Shown here: positions 61,323 through 64,000 of the stretch, one piece after another | Numbering within the stretch: position 1 is the first letter of the stretch | Layout: every line of letters starts with the position of its first letter | DNA from: an uncultured Gammaproteobacteria bacterium | Lineage (GTDB): Bacteria; Pseudomonadota; Gammaproteobacteria; JAADHQ01 | Length of the DNA: 64,000 bases | Direction: 5' to 3' | Assembly (NCBI GenBank): GCA_947258755.1 | Contig: CAMYJO010000002.1 | Coordinates: forward strand, 4,768 to 68,767 | Position numbers and translations under genes: made by a program | Notes under the pieces: model-generated | Database searches by the model: none | What the model was told of the DNA's origin: nothing | Seen by the model: the letters and a program-made list of their open reading frames with translations, nothing else

Positions 61323-61697
61323 TTAGAGTGTATGAATGTACTCTGTGATCAGGTCGATATCCTTTTCCGACAGGACTTTGTGTCGTCCGAACGGAGGCAT
61401 GACAGAATTAGGGTTGGCCTTGGTGGCATCCCAAATCTGTGCGCGTAATTTTGCCTTATCAGGAAAGCGTGCCTTCATGGCAACCAGTGGTGGACCCATG
61501 TTACCGGCCATGCTGCCGCCCGCAATCGAGTGACAAGCAAGGCAATTGCCTTTTTTACGGTTGAAGGCAACTTTCTTGCCTTGCTCAACAGGGGTTAACT
61601 CTGCAGCTGATGCTGTTTGGATGGGCGCCAGGGAGAGGCTTCCCATCAGTGCAGCAATGGCTGATGCCGTGGAAATGATCTTAGCGGTTTTCCGCAT
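61323..61697 (-). CDS. soxX: SoxX monoheme cytochrome c
   Basis: RKKGNCLACH, GNMGPPL, MPPFG..KVL. Confidence 0.94.
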   Translation of the reverse strand: MRKTAKIISTASAIAALMGSLSLAPIQTASAAELTPVEQGKKVAFNRKKGNCLACHSIAGGSMAGNMGPPLVAMKARFPDKAKLRAQIWDATKANPNSVMPPFGRHKVLSEKDIDLITEYIHTL

Positions 61698-61932
61698 GAA
61701 ATCCTCCTCAATTCTTATAAAATTATAAGTGGTGATAGGTTAAATTTGTACCAATAAACACCGGTTAGGGTGGTTGGTAATGAGTTTACCTTTTCATTAT
61801 TTCACTGCCAAAAAGGTACAGCTTGTGGGTTAGGATACTGATCTCTTTGCAGATAGCAAGAAAAAAAAACCTAAAAGCAAAATGTTAGAAATCACTAATA
61901 TTAGGGCGTGCTCAAATGATATTGTGTTCGCG

Positions 61933-63441
61933 CTATTTTTCCAGCAATGCAATTTGTTTGTATTCTTTTAATTTCGCATCGATTTGCGAGGACAGGTAGT
62001 AGTCATTGTTCTTGATAGAAGCCGCTGTTTTAAGGTGACTGATGGCGGTGCGGGTATCACCGTCGAGAAACTCGTGTTCAGCCAGGTAAAGGTAGGCCTC
62101 GGCCTTCCTGCCCGTGTTGCTGGCGGCCTTCGATAACAAGTCCAGTACCAAGGTGCTGTTGTCGCGATTGCGACGATAATCCTGCAGCAATGCATAGGCC
62201 TGTTGGTGTTGGCCATTTTGCAATAGGTTGCGCGCATAATGTATCGTGATCGGATAACTGTATGGATAAAGATTCAGCAGCGATTTAAAGTTGTTGTTGG
62301 CGTTCTTGCCTTGTCCCAGTGACTGCTGGATTTCAGCCTCGGTGATTCGGTAAATGATGTTCTCCGGGTTGGCTTTAATCAGCGGTGTTAAGGCGTTCAT
62401 CGCTTTTTTTGCCTGAGCTGCTTTTAGATAGGCGCTTGCCAGCGTGTATTGATAGACGGCTTTATTGTCCCCTGGTTTGTGCGCTCGCATAGTGTCAGCG
62501 ATAAATTGCCGAATGTCAGTCGCCTTCTGTACCTGGATGCGAGCCTTGATGAACGCATACTGTGTGCCGCCTTTTTGTAATTTGGTATTCATCGTGCGTG
62601 CACGACTGCGTGATTCGGCGATACGGTTGACGGTGACCGGGTGGGTGCTAAGGAACTCGGGCAGAGCGGTTCCATAAAGCTTGCTGGCTTTCTGCATGCG
62701 TTCAAAAAAGCTTGGCATGCCTTGTGGGTCAAATCCGGCGTCTGCCAATGTGCTGATGCCGATGTAATCGGCCTCCTGTTCATTGGCGCGTGTGAAATTG
62801 ATTTGCAGTTGTGCATTGGCGGCAACGCTGGTGGCGATGGCAGCTTCCGTCAGTTGTTCCACATTTTGGCCGATCAGGATGGCGGCCAGTAATGCCACAG
62901 CGGTGGTCAGTTGCTGTTTCTTTGCAGACTCATAGGTGCGCGCCATATGCTTTTGGGTGATATGCGCCACCTCATGGGCAAGGACGGCAGCCAGCTCATG
63001 TTCATTCTCAGTAGTCAGTATCAGGCCGGTGTGCATACCGACGAAACCACCGGGTGCAGCAAAGGCGTTGATGCTGGGGTCTTTGACAACAAAGAATGTA
63101 AATGACTGGCTGGAATTGTCACTGTTGGCGACCAGTTGATAACCGAGCGAATGTATGTAGGATTGAATCAGTGGGTCGGTTTCTATCAGATCATTGCGGC
63201 GTAGCCAGCGCATTAGATTCTCACCCAGACGGACCTCGTCTTCAGGGCCTAGTTCAGTCGACGAAGAATCACCCATATCGGGCAGGGCGATTGCGCCTGC
63301 CGCATGGGCAGGTACGATAGATAACAAGCCGAGCAGAACGACTACTAATATAGTGCGGGTCAAATAACTCTCCAACTGGTTGCTGATCGCTGTACCTATT
63401 AACAAACTATGCCTGGCGGCATCTGGCTCGCTTATGCTCAC
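61933..63441 (-). CDS. M48 metalloprotease with TPRs (BepA/YfgC-like); start uncertain
   Basis: INAFAAPGG, LAHEVAH, FTRANEQEAD, FLSTHP. Confidence 0.9.
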   Translation of the reverse strand: MSISEPDAARHSLLIGTAISNQLESYLTRTILVVVLLGLLSIVPAHAAGAIALPDMGDSSSTELGPEDEVRLGENLMRWLRRNDLIETDPLIQSYIHSLGYQLVANSDNSSQSFTFFVVKDPSINAFAAPGGFVGMHTGLILTTENEHELAAVLAHEVAHITQKHMARTYESAKKQQLTTAVALLAAILIGQNVEQLTEAAIATSVAANAQLQINFTRANEQEADYIGISTLADAGFDPQGMPSFFERMQKASKLYGTALPEFLSTHPVTVNRIAESRSRARTMNTKLQKGGTQYAFIKARIQVQKATDIRQFIADTMRAHKPGDNKAVYQYTLASAYLKAAQAKKAMNALTPLIKANPENIIYRITEAEIQQSLGQGKNANNNFKSLLNLYPYSYPITIHYARNLLQNGQHQQAYALLQDYRRNRDNSTLVLDLLSKAASNTGRKAEAYLYLAEHEFLDGDTRTAISHLKTAASIKNNDYYLSSQIDAKLKEYKQIALLEK

Positions 63442-63675
63442 GATAAATGCTTGTAAAGCTATGATTTATTGACAATCATCCGTAGTCAAAAGTTCCTCCA
63501 GGACTGTTTCGCTCACATTTCATTGGCTATTAAATGGAATTTATCGGACTTTGTAAATACTGCCGTTCAATTGTTGCGATTCGCCAAGTTGTTGGTGCCA
63601 GCCGATAGGAGCTTGAAATCGCAGTCCAATATATTATAATATGCTAAATTAAATATAGCATATTGGGCTTTTTTG

Positions 63676-64000
63676 ATGCATGGAATCAACGAAATAGATA
63701 GTCAAACCTTAAAGGCCTGGATCGATGATGGTAAGGCCATACGCCTGATCGATGTACGTTCGCAGATGGAATTTAGTCAGGGGATTATCATGGACGGCGA
63801 ACCGTTACCTCTGAATTTGCTACCATTGAAGACTAATGATTTGGATAGTCAAGACGAGATTATCTTCTATTGTCGTAGTGGCGCCCGCTCAGCCCAGGCA
63901 TGTTATTATCTAATGCAGCAAGGCTTTGAGCGCGTCTATAATCTGCGTGGCGGTATCATTGATTGGGTGCGATCCGGCAATGCCGTCATAGCACCTGCGT
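63676..64000 (+). CDS. Single-domain rhodanese, stop beyond window edge (not in ORF track)
   Basis: Hand translation: LIDVRS..EF, IFYCRSGARSAQAC, YNLRGGIIDW. Confidence 0.9.
   Translation, partial: MHGINEIDSQTLKAWIDDGKAIRLIDVRSQMEFSQGIIMDGEPLPLNLLPLKTNDLDSQDEIIFYCRSGARSAQACYYLMQQGFERVYNLRGGIIDWVRSGNAVIAPA

Overview
Chromosomal window from what looks like a sulfur-oxidising gammaproteobacterium (soxXYZ, SoxW/SoxH-like, DsrE2-like, rhodanese and DUF302 genes; Pseudomonas-like ubiD/hemDC/algR-algZ/argH/cyaA synteny). The backbone is housekeeping (hemB, slyD, aroE, rsmJ, srkA, prlC, ubiD, hemCD, argH, cyaA). Accessory content found: (1) at 1-3950, a mostly AT-rich run of minus-strand genes separated by attC-like sites with no integrase, including a BLUF gene and copies of a 64-bp palindromic element; (2) an operon encoding an HDOD-PP2C-RsbW-kinase fusion and a STAS protein behind arsS; (3) a membrane-anchored Rad50/SMC-type ATPase with no SbcD partner, coupled to a 65-aa ORF and followed by a membrane-anchored patatin phospholipase (best candidate for an undescribed system); (4) an AT-rich glucosylglycerate synthesis/recycling island with pgi; (5) a PEP-CTERM gene with an intact enhancer box and sigma-54 promoter; (6) a degenerate GGDEF protein with an intact I-site upstream of cyaA. 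Three local lesions (DsrE2 pseudogene, esterase frameshift, 15-bp soxY duplication) may be real or assembly errors. No rRNA, tRNA, CRISPR array, integrase or transposase was recognised. All family calls come from motif recognition by eye; no searches were run.
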